From Hydrolagus colliei (taxonomy: Eukaryota), in contig CM068747.1 in NCBI GenBank assembly GCA_035084275.1, forward strand, positions 7,874,001-7,938,000: a stretch of 64,000 bases of DNA, in the 5' to 3' direction. Every line of letters starts with the position of its first letter. The stretch's first letter is position 1. The position numbers and the translations under genes were made by a program. Shown here piece by piece: positions 1-12,880 of this stretch. The notes beneath the pieces were generated by a model. That model saw only the letters and a program-made list of their open reading frames with translations, had not been told where the DNA came from and ran no database searches.

Positions 1-75
1 GTTGCCTAACCTGCTGAGTGTTCCTTGCAATTTCTGATTTTGTTTCAGATTTCCAGCATCTGCAGTATTTTGTGT
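1..75. mobile_element. Penelope-type palindromic repeat remnant (copy 1, cut by window edge)
   Basis: cctgctgagtgttcc...tttgtttcagatttccagcatctgcagtatttt is the reverse complement of the sequence at 25461. Confidence 0.65.
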
Positions 76-441
76 TTTTTTTTAATTAATAATTGCGTTG
101 GTTGATGTTATACAATATCAGTAGAATTCATAATTGTAAATGCCTCAAAATCCTAATTCACTTTCCTTCAAATAGGTGAAGTTTATCAGGTACTTATTTA
201 AATTGCACCCCAGTTCTTTCCATGCTCCAACTAGATCCCTATTATGGAACAGAGATTTAAAAATCCTCACTCACACATTCAAATCACATCATGCCTACCC
301 TCCGATCTGCTCACACCCCACTCCACTTGCTGCTGCCTTCACTCTGCTGATACTGCACGTCCTTCCTCCCTATACTGAGGTTCTGCATGAAGGTCGCTAT
401 ATAAATGCAAATTGTTATTGTCGTGGTTAAAAAAAACTCAC

Positions 442-549
442 CTTTAATTCCTTGGCGGCCACTTTAAACACAAGCTCGATCACACAGCCCACAGCCAAAC
501 GCGCAGCACTGGATGAGTGCATCTCATTCCAAATCGTGTCACTGTCCAC
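442..549 (-). CDS. HDAC4: HDAC4 exon, 108 nt: [36 protein letters not shown]
   Basis: Translated by hand; acceptor gcacag|GTG, donor AAG|gtgagt. Confidence 0.97.
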
Positions 550-1832
550 CTGTGCAATACAGCAAAGATAAAATAAACAGAAATAAATCTTACATGATCA
601 CATTGGTTTAAAACCATCTTGGACAACAATGCATCTTGAACTTATGTTTTAAAATAGATGGCAGAGTGTAATGACACAGTGTAATATTGAAGTATATGGC
701 TGCACAGCAAGACAGAAAGTCACGTGAAGATAATACTTCAGCCGACATGACCTCAGCATCTGGCAACCTCTCTGATGCAGCGATTGAAAGATTGCAGGTC
801 TCCCCCACAGGGCAGTGGGGAAGACGAAGTGCACCATTGAAAACAACAGCAACAAATGACATCTGTAATGGCACCTTTCATGCCTGGAGGATACCCCATA
901 TCTGCAAAGATGCAATACTGAAACAACCCACCCCCACCCCACTCAGCACTGGTTTGGTTTGATATAACCTCTCGTCTCAGCTAAGTGTCATGTTGTACTG
1001 TATGTCTGTGTTAGCTGTCAGTAAAGGTAAGTGAGAAACAATAGGCTCTAAATCACTTGTTTTATACAACCTTCAGGGGCATTTGAGACACTACTTAAAA
1101 ACCATCTACTCAGTACATTAAGCCAGATTGTCGAATCCTAATGGTGACTTTCTTAAGAAGTGTAGCACCACACCTCTTGGTGAATGTTAATTAATTCTTA
1201 CTTAGTTGTTAAACTGAACTCAGTCAAACTGTTCTCAAGCTGTGTTTCTGTTCTCTCCAGTGCCTCCGACAGTTTAGAGTGCCGTTCTCTTGCCTTGTGG
1301 ACAACAACGACAGTTTACAGTTGTATTAGCACCTTTCACATTGGGAGGACATCCCAAGACACTGAGATGTCCGATGGCCCTGTGTTCTGAATGCTCGATG
1401 TCGCACAAACCAGTTTGCTTCTTTTGCAACTGAGCAGTGACCTAGTGTGTGGTGTATGATGGCCTCCATGTAAAAGGTGACCTGGTATTACAAGGGCAGG
1501 GAGAGAGTGTGGGGCCAATCTCATGTGCACTCGTTCATTTCAGAGGGAGCTGCTCTCTGCTCTGCTTCTCCTCTGAGAGCCAAGAGCTCTTCAATATGCA
1601 AAGCTCTCACCAGGTGTCTTAATGTGAACTAATGCAGTTAAAAGCTTTCCTCCCCCAATTCCGCTCACAAAATACACAATTCACACAGCCCATGCTTTTA
1701 ACTCCTGGGCAGGCGGTGGGGGTGGGGAATACTGAGAGTCAGTTGCAGTCACAGAGTGAACTGCTTTGAGACGTCTCAATAACCTGATAAGCTGCAATAA
1801 TAAAATGCAAGCATTATTATATATTCTAATCA

Positions 1833-1990
1833 TTTCATTCCAAGTTTGTGGGACACTGCTGTGTACAATTGGCTCCCGCGTTTCGCCCACATATATACAG
1901 TCAATTCACTTTACAGTATATTCTGTGAAGTGCTTTGAGACTTCTGGAAGACATGAAAAGAGCTGTATCAAATGCAAGGATTATTATTAT
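1833..1990 (+). mobile_element. tRNA-derived SINE, 3' half
   Basis: gtgggacactgctgtg..caattggct...ctgtgaagtgctttgagac...aaatgcaagga(tta)n is shared with all other copies. Confidence 0.9.
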
Positions 1991-2571
1991 GTTTTCTGCA
2001 TTACAATATCAAGTTGTTCCAAAGAATGATCCTGCAACATGTTTGAGATGCTGCGGGCACCGATTAGATTCCATGATGCCAATCATATCAGGTCACTATA
2101 CTTCAAAGAAACTCAGAGCTATTCAGATTGTGAAGCACTGAGCTATTCTGATGTGAAAAGCCACAAAATCACAATTGTGCTTTTTTTTATTATTTAAGAG
2201 ATTTCAACAGTGCTTTGAGGGAAAAAAACTTAAGTAGTTATGAGTGAATCCATGTCACATCTACTTAGTGTGGCGGTAAGTAATGGTGCTCTATGAAGAG
2301 AATTAAGTGAATACTTCTCTCATTGTTGTCATCGCTCAATTTTTCTAGGATTATTCTATGAACTATGTCACACAAGGTCCTTGTTGTGGACTAGCCAGTG
2401 ATTCAAGTCCAGCTAACCTTGAATTCTTGTTTATAGGGATAACATCTGTTCTCAATTATCCACTCAGTGGAAGTCAAAGCAACAATTTACATAACTGGTG
2501 AGACAGAAAGGACAAATAACACATTATTCATACAGTATGCAAAGAGGTGGGGGAGAGAAAACTCTACTTAC

Positions 2572-2618
2572 TCCTAAGCCGCCACATGGGAGCATAACAA
2601 ACATCGGGGTGACAGAAC
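2572..2618 (-). CDS. HDAC4: HDAC4 exon, 47 nt: (S)SVTPMFVMLPCGGLG
   Basis: Translated by hand; acceptor ccgtag|GT, donor GGA|gtaagt; LPCGG Zn-ligand Cys. Confidence 0.95.
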
Positions 2619-3499
2619 CTACGGATAATGAAATTTTTTTTATTTACATATTCACAGAATCCCTTAAATTGTAACCCAATATTATCCATTGCAACTCAAA
2701 ATCCAAAACATTGTTCATAAGGAACGTTTCCCACAAACAGTGTTAACCAAAGCCTTTACTGGCCTTTGGGTTCTCACAAAATGCTTTTACTGCTGCGACA
2801 ATTCCTTGCTGTTAATTAGGTGTTCGAAGCCAATACTGAAAATTCTATCCCTTTTTTATTGACTTGGAGGCAATGAAGGCAAATAAATTTTTTGTATGTT
2901 ATTCAAATATCTAAGTTGTAAAATTGACATAGTTGCTTGTGTACTCCAGGGATTCGACCTTCTAACCTAAAAAATGTTTGCAGAAGAGCAACGTTTTCTT
3001 TCCTGCATAGCACAACAAACAATGGATTAATTATAATTCAACTGATTACAATGGCAACACAACAGGACATGAGCAGGACATGGTAGTGAAAACTTGGGCA
3101 TTACATTTACATATGTAAAGCGCTTTTCACGTTGGGAGGACGTCCCAGGGCGCTGAACAGTCAGGTCTGTCAATCAGACAATATCCTTGTGAGCTGACAA
3201 TAAGGGAATACAACTTGAACACAGAAGATGTTTGTGTTCAAAAGCAAAACTCAAAGAAACAGAAAACCTGCTTTGTCCAATTAGATAGAAAAATAAGAAA
3301 ATGCTGTTTTCAATATATTCAAAGCCACTCAATTGTAAATACACAATGTAAATGATAGCTTTGTAACATTCTCTCCTCTGCGAGGGGATGGAAGGAAGCA
3401 AAGACCACTTTGCATTAGAAGGAAACTGACTTTTGGGGGAACACAACGTGGCTGGGCAAGGCATCAATCAGGGTTGCTTGGCACAAGCTCATCAGTCTT

Positions 3500-3892
3500 G
3501 CATCTCTGGAACTGTCTTCCCGCTATATTCCATTGCCTACATGATAAAGCACCATATTGCCTCAAATCCCTCCACTCCTCTGCATCCCCCTACCTCTCTA
3601 ACCTCCTCTCTTCCTCACAACAGTATCCGTTGCCTCCGCTCTCCTGGGTCTGGCCTCCTTGTGTCCCGAATTCCGTTCCACCGTCATCCATTCCTTCAGC
3701 CACTCCCTTCCTTACTAACTTTGTCTCACCCCCTCCTTTCCCATTTTTAGGTTGCGCCTGAAGCCTTTTCTGTTCAATTGTGCCTTTGGTCACCTTTTCC
3801 CCCCTCCCTCTGGCTTGGCTCCGGGCTCTGCTTTGTGAAGCGCTCTGACACACCGTCTGGTGTTTGGAGTTGGTGAAATCCAAATCGTTATT
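3500..3892 (+). mobile_element. L2 LINE 3' end, same subfamily as the 50452 copy
   Basis: aaatccctccactcctctgca.cccc.tacctctct.acctcctctct is shared with the reverse complement of 50760-50815. Confidence 0.82.
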
Positions 3893-5164
3893 GTAAGAAA
3901 TTGTACATCACCACATTGGATAAGGGGTTCACATGATTTTCCCTTGTGCCAAACATAAAGGCAACCCTACCCATAATCCACGAGATGAGAGGAAAACGGC
4001 ATTGCTGTCAGGTCCAGGGCGGGGGACAGAAAGGGTGGGAGTGTGGCATGTAGAAGATGCATTAGAAGAATGAAGAATGTAAACCAGATAGGGAATTCAC
4101 ATACCATTGATGATTGACCATGTTGTAAGCTACAATGAGATGGTTGAGTTTGATGGGGACAGGGAGGAGCAGATACCCTTGCAGTAAGGACTAATCTACA
4201 ACAAATGTTAACTGGCATCATTTTCTATTACAATTCAGATGTTCGATGGATGACTGCGGCGCACAGTACTGCACGCTGACATTCAAAAGAAATAAAACAA
4301 AGACTTAAATAGGACACATTGATAAATATAAAAATGATGTAATAATGCTACAAAGTTATGCTAATTTATTACAGAAAAGGAATTTATTACAGTGCCCAAA
4401 TATTTATATAAACAGTACTTTCTTAAAGGTTCCTTGTTAAGCCTGGAGGCTTCCTTAGAACAGGCTTTCGCCAAGATAAAACTGATGGTAAAGGACAGGC
4501 AGCTGATGATAACTGCAATGCTCAAGCTATTGGGAACCGTGGAATAGCCATTCATCTATTCAAGATGTTCAGTGAGCTTTCGATCAAACACTTTTCTAAT
4601 GTAATAAAACATTATTGATGCCTAAAAGTTACTGAACTAGAGGAACTGATGCATTTCAAATTCTTTTTCCTTGAAGAAAAAGTCATCTTGAAAAGAATGT
4701 TACAAAATTACCAGCGACTAAGTCAGCCTATGAATGTGTGAGGGAAAAAGGCCGTAAACCTTACTAAGAGTCTTCTCATGCATGGGGATGTACTTAGATT
4801 ACAAACATGACTTGCTTATCAAGAAAGTATATCAAGCCCCACTAGATCTTCAGACATTAATAAAACATTCTAAATTAGTGATTTGTAACAGGAGTTACCA
4901 TAACAGGAGCCGTTAATAAACCTTCTGGGACCCGGTAAAAAAAGTTTCTTGCAGCTTGTCAATGTCGTTATTACATCTCCTATTAGGAATCACTGCATTT
5001 TATACCTCAGTAACACTGCCGTTGATTTGCACGACACTGACAATTTTGAAAACAGGTAAAAAAAATCCTTTTGCAAGTTCTTCATCACTAATTTCTGCTT
5101 TTACTGACTGACTGACTCGTCTGAGCTAACTGGCTGGAGAGCGGTGACTATTCATAGAGTGTCA

Positions 5165-5320
<156 letters not shown>

Positions 5321-5504
5321 CTAAAAACAAAGCACACGTATTTAAGATGAGAATGAGCTCAGCTGTAAACCATAGTTGTAAATGAATCACACCTGGACAC
5401 ATTTTTACAAAATATCTTTCACAGGCTGCTTGACCTCCAGAATAATCACTATGCCATGTTTCCGAACTAGTCCCATTTCTGTGATTATGCGCCAACAAGA
5501 CTGT

Positions 5505-5640
5505 TCATGGGGAAGGAGAAGTCTGCTAAGGAGGGGTCTAAAACTGACTCAGGGATCTAAAGAGAATTTAGGAGTAACTAGTTCACACAGAGTGGAGTGA
5601 GATTGTGGAACTCGCTGCCTGAAGTGGTGGTTGAACAGCC
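5505..5640 (+). mobile_element. CR1 3' fragment lying between the two duplicated acceptors
   Basis: ttcacacagagagtg-like motif followed by tgtggaactcgctgcctgaagtggtggttga (WNSLP codons). Confidence 0.65.
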
Positions 5641-5912
5641 TGTTTATATTAACAAACACATTTTAGGTCAATTTTAAAAGCACTTTTTATGACGCATATA
5701 AATAATGGTTGGTGTGTGTGGTAGTAAATTATAATTACAATATAACATTGTCAATCTGAGAAAGATCTAGGTTGCAGCAGTAAGTGATGAACAGGACTGG
5801 AGCTGACTGCTCAGGTATGTCTCCCTGTATTTGTTGTCCCCCAATGAGGATCAAGTTATCACTGCGCAACTCCCTAGAATGCCATGAATGAGTTAGTGAT
5901 ATGGGCTCATTA

Positions 5913-6051
5913 CCTTCCTCAGATACACTAAAAACAAAGCATGTATTTAAGATGAGAATGAGCTCAGGTGTAAACCACAGTTGTAAGTGAATCACACTTG
6001 GACACATAGTGACAAACATATCTTTTACAGGCAACATGACCTCAGAATAAT
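5913..6051 (-). repeat. Diverged local duplicate of 5306-5446 (3' splice site plus first ~14 nt of an HDAC4 exon)
   Basis: ccttcctc(a/g)gatacactaaaaacaaagca..gtatttaagatgagaatgagctcag...aatcacac(t/c)tggacacat...cagaataat occurs twice, ~607 bp apart. Confidence 0.92.
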
Positions 6052-6350
6052 AATAATAATTGCATTTGATATAGAGCATCTGATATTCCAGACATCTCAA
6101 AGTGCTTCACAGAATATACTGTTAAGTGAATTGGCTGTATATTTGTGAGCAAAATGCAGCAGCCAATTGTGCACAGAGGTGTCCCACAAATCGTTGTGGA
6201 TTGAAGTTACCAATTGATTATTGTTTTTTTGAGGGATTATTATCAGACTGTGGAGTAAGGAAACTTGTCCAAGGTTTTGCCCTGCCAGGAATCGAACCCA
6301 GGTTTCCCGCTTGCAAGGCGAGTACTCTAACCATTGAGGTCCAGGACACC
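6046..6350 (-). mobile_element. tRNA-derived SINE, full-length short form (TGC anticodon-like loop)
   Basis: Box A/B head, family body, (ATT)n tail. Confidence 0.92.
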
Positions 6351-7736
6351 ACAATCATAGTGCAGCTGCTGTGCATGTGACAAGCTCTAACAATTAGGTG
6401 AATTAAGATGGTGGTGTAGGAGCTCAAGGCAGTTTTAAAATTAATACTTTAAAAAATAAAATAACAGGTTAACAAAAATAGCTGATGAATTTCACCAGCT
6501 GAAGTAGCTAAGTGGTCTTTCTGAGTCTGAAACAATGACTGTTCAGCGCCTCGGGATGTCTGCCTGATGACAAAATAGGATAAAATGTAGAAATTTAAAG
6601 CAGAATTTAAATTATTTTAATGGTGTTCTTTGTAAATCCCCCAAAAATGTGCAAAGGAACAATATCTGATTTGACATAAATATATTTTCGAAACTAGCAA
6701 TACCCTGATTTAGTCATTCCCAATCATGCTGCCCCCTGCCGTTGTAACATTCCCTGAAGCTATGAATCAAATTTCATTATGAACAAAGATATGGACAGCA
6801 GGGGGCTTCTGCGGTTCAGTTTAAACATACACAAAGTCGAACCGTTTAGGAAATAATGCTTAAATGAAAACAAGGCTTAAGGGATAAAATCCTCTGGACC
6901 AAATGCCTGAAGTGTAATAAAAGGTCTTAACTCTTGAAACACACTTTGTTCCCCTGCTAATTGCATAAAATTGCACAAATAATTTGTACTAGTCCAATCC
7001 CACTATACTTATTAGATAAAATGGTTTCCTAAGCTATGTGCAAAATAAATTAATTGCTTATAGTTTTCCTGTTCTACTTTCTTAAACTATTTTAAATGGA
7101 CATGCAGTAGTTTGCAATCCTCTACATAACTGATTGCCTGTATTTTGATCTGTAAACAGAATAGTTACTCGGTGTTAGCTCAGTATAGCAGGATCTTCTA
7201 TATTAACAGATCATTCTCATTATTACTGATTCCACCATAACACGTTATCCCAGTTTGAGAGAAACACTAATTCATACACGTAATGGAGTTATGTTGACGA
7301 ATACAAGCTGTAAGTATAAAACAAAGAGAAATGACAAAGAATATACAGCACGGAAACAGAATACAGTATTCAGCCCAGTCTGTGCAGTGTTTATACTCTG
7401 CAGTATTCTTCAACCATTTCTTATTCCATAACCTTCTATTCCCCTTTGCCTCATGTGAATGTTTAGCTTCCACTTGAATTCATCTACACAATCTGATTCA
7501 ATCACCGAGTCAGCAGCTACTTCCACAATCTCACTACCCTCTACATGAAGTAATTCCTCTTACAAGCACTTGCACTCATGTAGCGCCCTCCACTCAAGGT
7601 AGCGTCTCAGAGCGCTTAACAGTGATGGAGCCTGATTCCAAGCATGGGGTTTTCAGGCGAAACTTGAAAAAAGGGAGAGTGATTGAGAGAGAGTGTTCCA
7701 GAGCTTTTTCTTGTAAACTTTTCCTTGACATTCCTT

Positions 7737-8085
7737 GGCTCCTGTACTTCAGTGGTTAGAGCACTCGCCTTGCAAGCATGAGACCTGTGTTTGAATCCAG
7801 GCAGATCACGGCGAAACTGTGGGAAAGTTTCCTTACTCCACATGCCTAATAATAATCCGTCTCAAAAAGCGCAATAACAAAAATTGGTCATTTCAATCCA
7901 CGACTGTTTGTGAGACACTGCTGTGTGCAATTAATTAGCTGACGCATTTCACCCACAAATATGCAGTCAATTCACCACTTTATTATTGTTAGTTTTTTCT
8001 TGAAGGATTATTATCAGGCTTGTGGAGTTAGAAAATTTATCTTGCTTGTGAGTCGAGTTCTCTAACCACTGAGCTACAGAACTCA
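7737..8085. mobile_element. Two truncated SINE copies joined in inverted orientation (+ ~7737-7975; - ~7980-8085)
   Basis: Head tcagtggttagagc on + and ctctaaccactgagctacag on -. Confidence 0.85.
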
Positions 8086-9766
8086 ATATAAAATAAATCA
8101 GGTGTTTTCCTCTCAATTGATGTGATAAATGCCAGGAAATATATATTAATTACTCAAGCAGAAAGATACAGAACAGACCCTGAAGAATAACATACATCTC
8201 CTGTATACACATACATAGATTGCAGAAGGCATTGAATAACCTGTTAGAGGGATTTGACTTTAGCCAATATAAATTCCATTACAGTAAGGTTACGTAAATG
8301 GTCACCATATTAGTTAATAAACAATTCAATATCTGGCACAAGGAAAGAATATCTTCTATACATCGTTCTACACTTCGCAAACACCATTTAGATTTCTATT
8401 TATACATCTTCCATATAGGTTTACTGTTCAATATGTCCATGTAAAATCCTTTGTAGGTAAACGTTCACATGGACTGGCGCCAGCATCACGGTGAGCTGCA
8501 AGTCTTTGAAATTGTAATATAAATATGTTTGCACTTGAGTGCTGTTTCCTCCAGGTTTTAAACCAACTGCAGTCTTCTCACCTGAGGAGCAGCACATTTG
8601 CTCCACTGATCATCACGGTGGGGGGGGGGGGGGGGGATGGGGTGCTATTGTGTGATGAACAATAAAGTTTCTAAACAGGTCAGGAAACCAATTAGAATTT
8701 TCTGAGTCAGAAACTCCCCAAGAATGGAGTAATATTGATTGAGTACAGAGTACAGCGAGAACCTGTCAGGTTGAATAGTCTTCTCTTATTCTTAAATTCC
8801 AATGTTTTACACAAAGGTTACCAAACAAGAACAAGCAGGTTTTGTGTCAAAACCTGAGAAGATGTTTATGTCAAATAGTTTCATGGTATCTTGTGTCATT
8901 TCAAACTAGCATATAAATTACCATAGAGGCCAAATTTTCATTGAAAAACAGTTGCTTACGGGCAGGAAATTGGTTGAAATGTCCTGGTTGGCAGCTACAG
9001 AGTGGATGTGACCATATCACATCTAAACCAAGAATGGCTAATGAAAAGTCTTGAAAAGAAAATTGGCAACTTTGCTATTGAATACTATTAGACAAAGCCA
9101 TTTGAAGGTGTACACTGAACTCTTGAGATCATGGATAACTCTTTCACAGAGCCAAATAGACTCCTTCTAAGCTATACAATTCTAAAACATAACAACAACA
9201 ACAATAAAATTAGATTTATAGAGCGTCTTTCCTGTCAGGAGGACATAACCTGGACTATTAAGAATTTTATGTATCACTGGTAAGGTTATAATCATTTATG
9301 ATCTTAACTGACCCTAATTCTCCAAATTCCTTCAGACCTGCTCGCCCACCTGCGCCGTGGGACGTCCTCTCAATATCAAAGGCACCATACAAATGTAATT
9401 TTGTTATTGTTGCTGTTATCGTTGTACCCTTCACTCAAACTCTGGTCTGTTGTTTGCCCATCTACATCCCACCTTTGGTGGCCACACTTTCAGGCATGAT
9501 GCCTCTCCTTTCTGAAACTCTATACTAAACATCCTTACGTTCTGTGCTTTTTACCACATAATCCTAACAATTTATCCATTTGACATCAAATTCTCTCACC
9601 TTTCCTCCCCATTGGGGCTGTGACTCACTTTGAGATGTTCAACTTACATGAAAGGGTCTATACAAATATACGTTGTTGAAGCGCTTTCTACCTTGTTAAA
9701 GAATGCACAGCATTGTGCTTTGTCACTGGCTTAGATTGGGAAGTTCCAGTTTGCTTCACTAATTAC

Positions 9767-9900
9767 CTCACATTTGCTCCGCAACCCTGTCTCTTGGAGT
9801 CGGGACCAGATGCTCTGGATCCTCCCGGCGTGCTCTGGGTGCCGGTTTGTGTTGCCGCAGGTGCACTGGTGTTTCAGCATCAGTGTGTCATACACAAGCC
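9767..9900 (-). CDS. HDAC4: HDAC4 exon, 134 nt: (G)[44 protein letters not shown]; start of deacetylase domain
   Basis: Acceptor tgacag|GG, donor GAG|gtaatt; structural Zn ligands C-x-C and HPEH. Confidence 0.97.
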
Positions 9901-10069
9901 CTGTCATAGGAAGAAAAGTCAGCAATAAACAGAAAGTCAGAGGGGCACCAGAAGACGAGAACATCTTTCAGAATAAGACCCAAGGCTCAGCATTTCCTCA
10001 AATGCCACAATGCAGATCAGACAATCAACAAACTGTGCATCACAATTTAGCACAGCAAAATGTTGTGTT

Positions 10070-10450
10070 CTAGTTGCTGCAGTACAAAAAAGGATATTGG
10101 AGAAGATACAGATGAGGGCAACCAAAACGATTGAAGGAATGGAGGGACTGGACTATGAGGAGCGACTGAGTAAATCGGGCATGTTCACGTTGGAAGAGAG
10201 AAGATTTGAGAGGTGACATGCTTTATTGAGATTCTAAACTGGCAAGACAATATAGATCATGACAGGCTGTTTCAACTTGTCCAGAGAAGTAAAACCAGAG
10301 GACACGGCCTGCGATTGAAGTGGGGTAAATTCAGAACAAATCTACCCAAATACTATTTCAGTGAGCGCAAAGTGAACCTGTGGAACAGGCTCCCAAAGAT
10401 TTGAAACAGGAAGTGTTGATTCTATCAAACACAGACGAGATAGTTTTCTT
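10070..10450 (+). mobile_element. CR1 LINE 3' fragment
   Basis: LEKIQMRATKTIEGMEGLDYEERL..GMFTLEERR, KTRGHGLRL, YYFSERKVNLWNRLP. Confidence 0.92.
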
Positions 10451-11122
10451 TTAGGAATTAACATGAGATATAATACATATTTGGGACATAGGTGCATGTG
10501 ACCGCCAGGAAGGAGGAAAGTTGTTGTTGTTGATGAGCCCCTGTATTCGAGCTATCTATTCTAATCCAATATCCTTGCTCTCTTTTATAATGTCAGAATT
10601 AATCAAAATATTCTACCCAGTGAGGTCTATGTATTTTAACACAAACAGGGTTTACTGATGAGAAAACACAGCACCTCTATCGCCTCATCTTCCATCGTTA
10701 CACTTTCGTGACGTGCTTCCAAATGGAACAATCACAAAGGGAGATCTTAGATATGAAACGTATGGATAACAATTCTGAAAATATTAACATCTAGAATTCT
10801 GCTGTTTGTACCCAAATACAAACATGTTTTGTATTGTCAGAAACATGTTTTTTTGGGGGCAAAGTAGGACAAGTTATCTGTATAAATTAATGGTGGAGCT
10901 TCAAAAGGAGGAGGGTTGAGGTCAAAGGAGCATTGCTTTCTATTGTTCATTTCATTGTATATATGAATCAATTGTGGTTACAATGATAATATTAGTGGTG
11001 AATAAATAGGAAAAGATATTTAATTATTGCACGGACAGTCGGTAAAATAGAAGTTCATGTAGTAATTTTTGAAAAAGGTAGATAAGAAAATGAGCCATCC
11101 CAATTTTAACAAAACTTCTTAC

Positions 11123-11309
11123 CTGTAGTGAATTGGGGTTTACAGGGAGGTTCCTGAACAGTGATAGGGAAAGTAGCAGCAGCAGGTGAAGACTGTGCTC
11201 GGGAGAGGGGGCGGTGGCCAGCGTAGGAGATTGGGATCCCTGCTGCTTCCATTGACGCCTGGTAATTGCGAAGCTGATGAATGCGCTGTTGTTCCAGTAG
11301 ATGGGCTTG
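11123..11309 (-). CDS. HDAC4: HDAC4 exon, 187 nt: [42 protein letters not shown]...FTT(G)
   Basis: Acceptor ggtaaag|CAA, donor AG|gtaaga; S632-equivalent RAQSSP. Confidence 0.96.
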
Positions 11310-12159
11310 CTTTACCATGCGGACAAAAAAAACCACACGTTAACATCAGCATGCTTTAATACAGATACTAAAAGTCCCAAACGATTATCAAAAATAGTTG
11401 TTTATGGGATAGTGCTGTGTATGGTGTTCACCTACAAGAAGTCATTTCATTTTACAGTAATTCCTATTTTGTTTTGTCTATTAGTGTTTTGTGGTGACCT
11501 TCAGACCTGAAGGGTGCTATACCAAATGCAAGGATTGTTATTACTTCAATAAAAGTCAACATTTTGCCCAATCTGAAATATTTAGGTTTGCACGTCTCAG
11601 TTACTCAGTCACACCGCTGTAAAGGCAAAAGGGCATTTGATGAAGATATGAGTTATGAGCTTTTCCTTTAGCTCACCATCACCTGTCAATACATAAGAGA
11701 AATCGCTCGGGCCATGTGTGAGAGGACGAACTGGAAGTCCGACATAGTAGGAATTCCTGCCATCAGAAGAGGGTGGGAGAATCACCACGTTAAAACACAG
11801 AATAAGGGCATTGACCCAAATCTATGCTGGCCCCTCATTCCAAATAAGGCTCTCTCTTGCTCGAGCCCTGCATGCCTCTCCATATTCTTTCCCTCCAGCA
11901 TTTTTATTCATCTCCCTTCTCACAGAATTCATGGATCCTGTCAACAGTGCACTGTGTCAGAGATATCCATTCTGATCAGCCTGTGTAAATTCATCTGCTT
12001 AAAACACAAATCTCAGTACAAATCTCAATAATGCTCACATTTAATATAGTACCTATCGCAACAAGAGGGTATTCCACAGAATATACTGTAATGTGCAGTG
12101 ACTGTTTTGTGGAAAATATAAATAACAAGAACTTGTATTTATATAGCGCCCTTCATGTG

Positions 12160-12880
12160 GGGCAATGTCATAAAATTATACAGCACAGATGGAGGCCATT
12201 CAGCCCATCGTGTCTGTGCTGGCTGTTTAAAAAGAGCTATCCAAATCAATCCCACTCCCCGGCTCTTTCCCCAGCAAACCTATTCTCCGCGAATAGCTAT
12301 CTATATCTCTCTTAAAAGTTGTTATCAAATTGGCTGCCAACACCCTTTCAGGCAATGTATTCCAGATCAGAACAACTCACTGCATGAAAATCTTTCTCCT
12401 TACTTGCCCTTTCTTTTTTTAAAACTATTTAATAAGAAGAATAGTAACAATAATAATCCTTTAATTTGATACAGCATTTTTCACATCTTCTAGACGTCTC
12501 AGAGCGCTTCACAGAATATACTGTAAAGTGAACTAACTGTATAATCGTGGGCGAAACACGGCAGCCAATTGCACACAGCAGTGTCCCACAAACAGTCGTG
12601 TATTGAAATGACCAATTTTATTATTGTGCTGTTTTTGGAGGGATTATTATTAGGTGTGTGGAGTAAGGAAACTTTAAAACAATTTTTAAATTGGTGTCCT
12701 TGGGTTACCAACCCACTTGTCAGTGGCAATAGTTTTTTCTTGTTCACCCTATCGAATCCTCTCATAATTTTGAAAAATATTAAGTCTCCTCTTAACCTTC
12801 TCTGCTCCAAGGCAAATAATCCTAGCTTCTCTAACCTGTTTGAATAACTGAATTCCCTCATTCCTGGTACCATCCTTGTC
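12160..12880 (-). mobile_element. CR1 LINE 3' fragments (~12160-12410 and ~12685-12880) flanking a SINE
   Basis: RMVPGMREFSYSNRLEKLGLFALEQRRLRGDL; CR1-type 3' UTR ggaggccattcagcccatc. Confidence 0.88.
12445..12672 (-). mobile_element. SINE (5'-truncated) lying between two CR1 pieces
   Basis: Family tail and body up to gtggagtaaggaaact. Confidence 0.88.

Noticed and set aside
6270-6350. tRNA-Ala/Val-like genes at SINE heads
   Set aside because: No proper acceptor stem; each continues into SINE body and tail; about 20 diverged copies.
8620-8637. Poly-G run as a G-quadruplex element
   Set aside because: Simple homopolymer of unreliable length with no other support.
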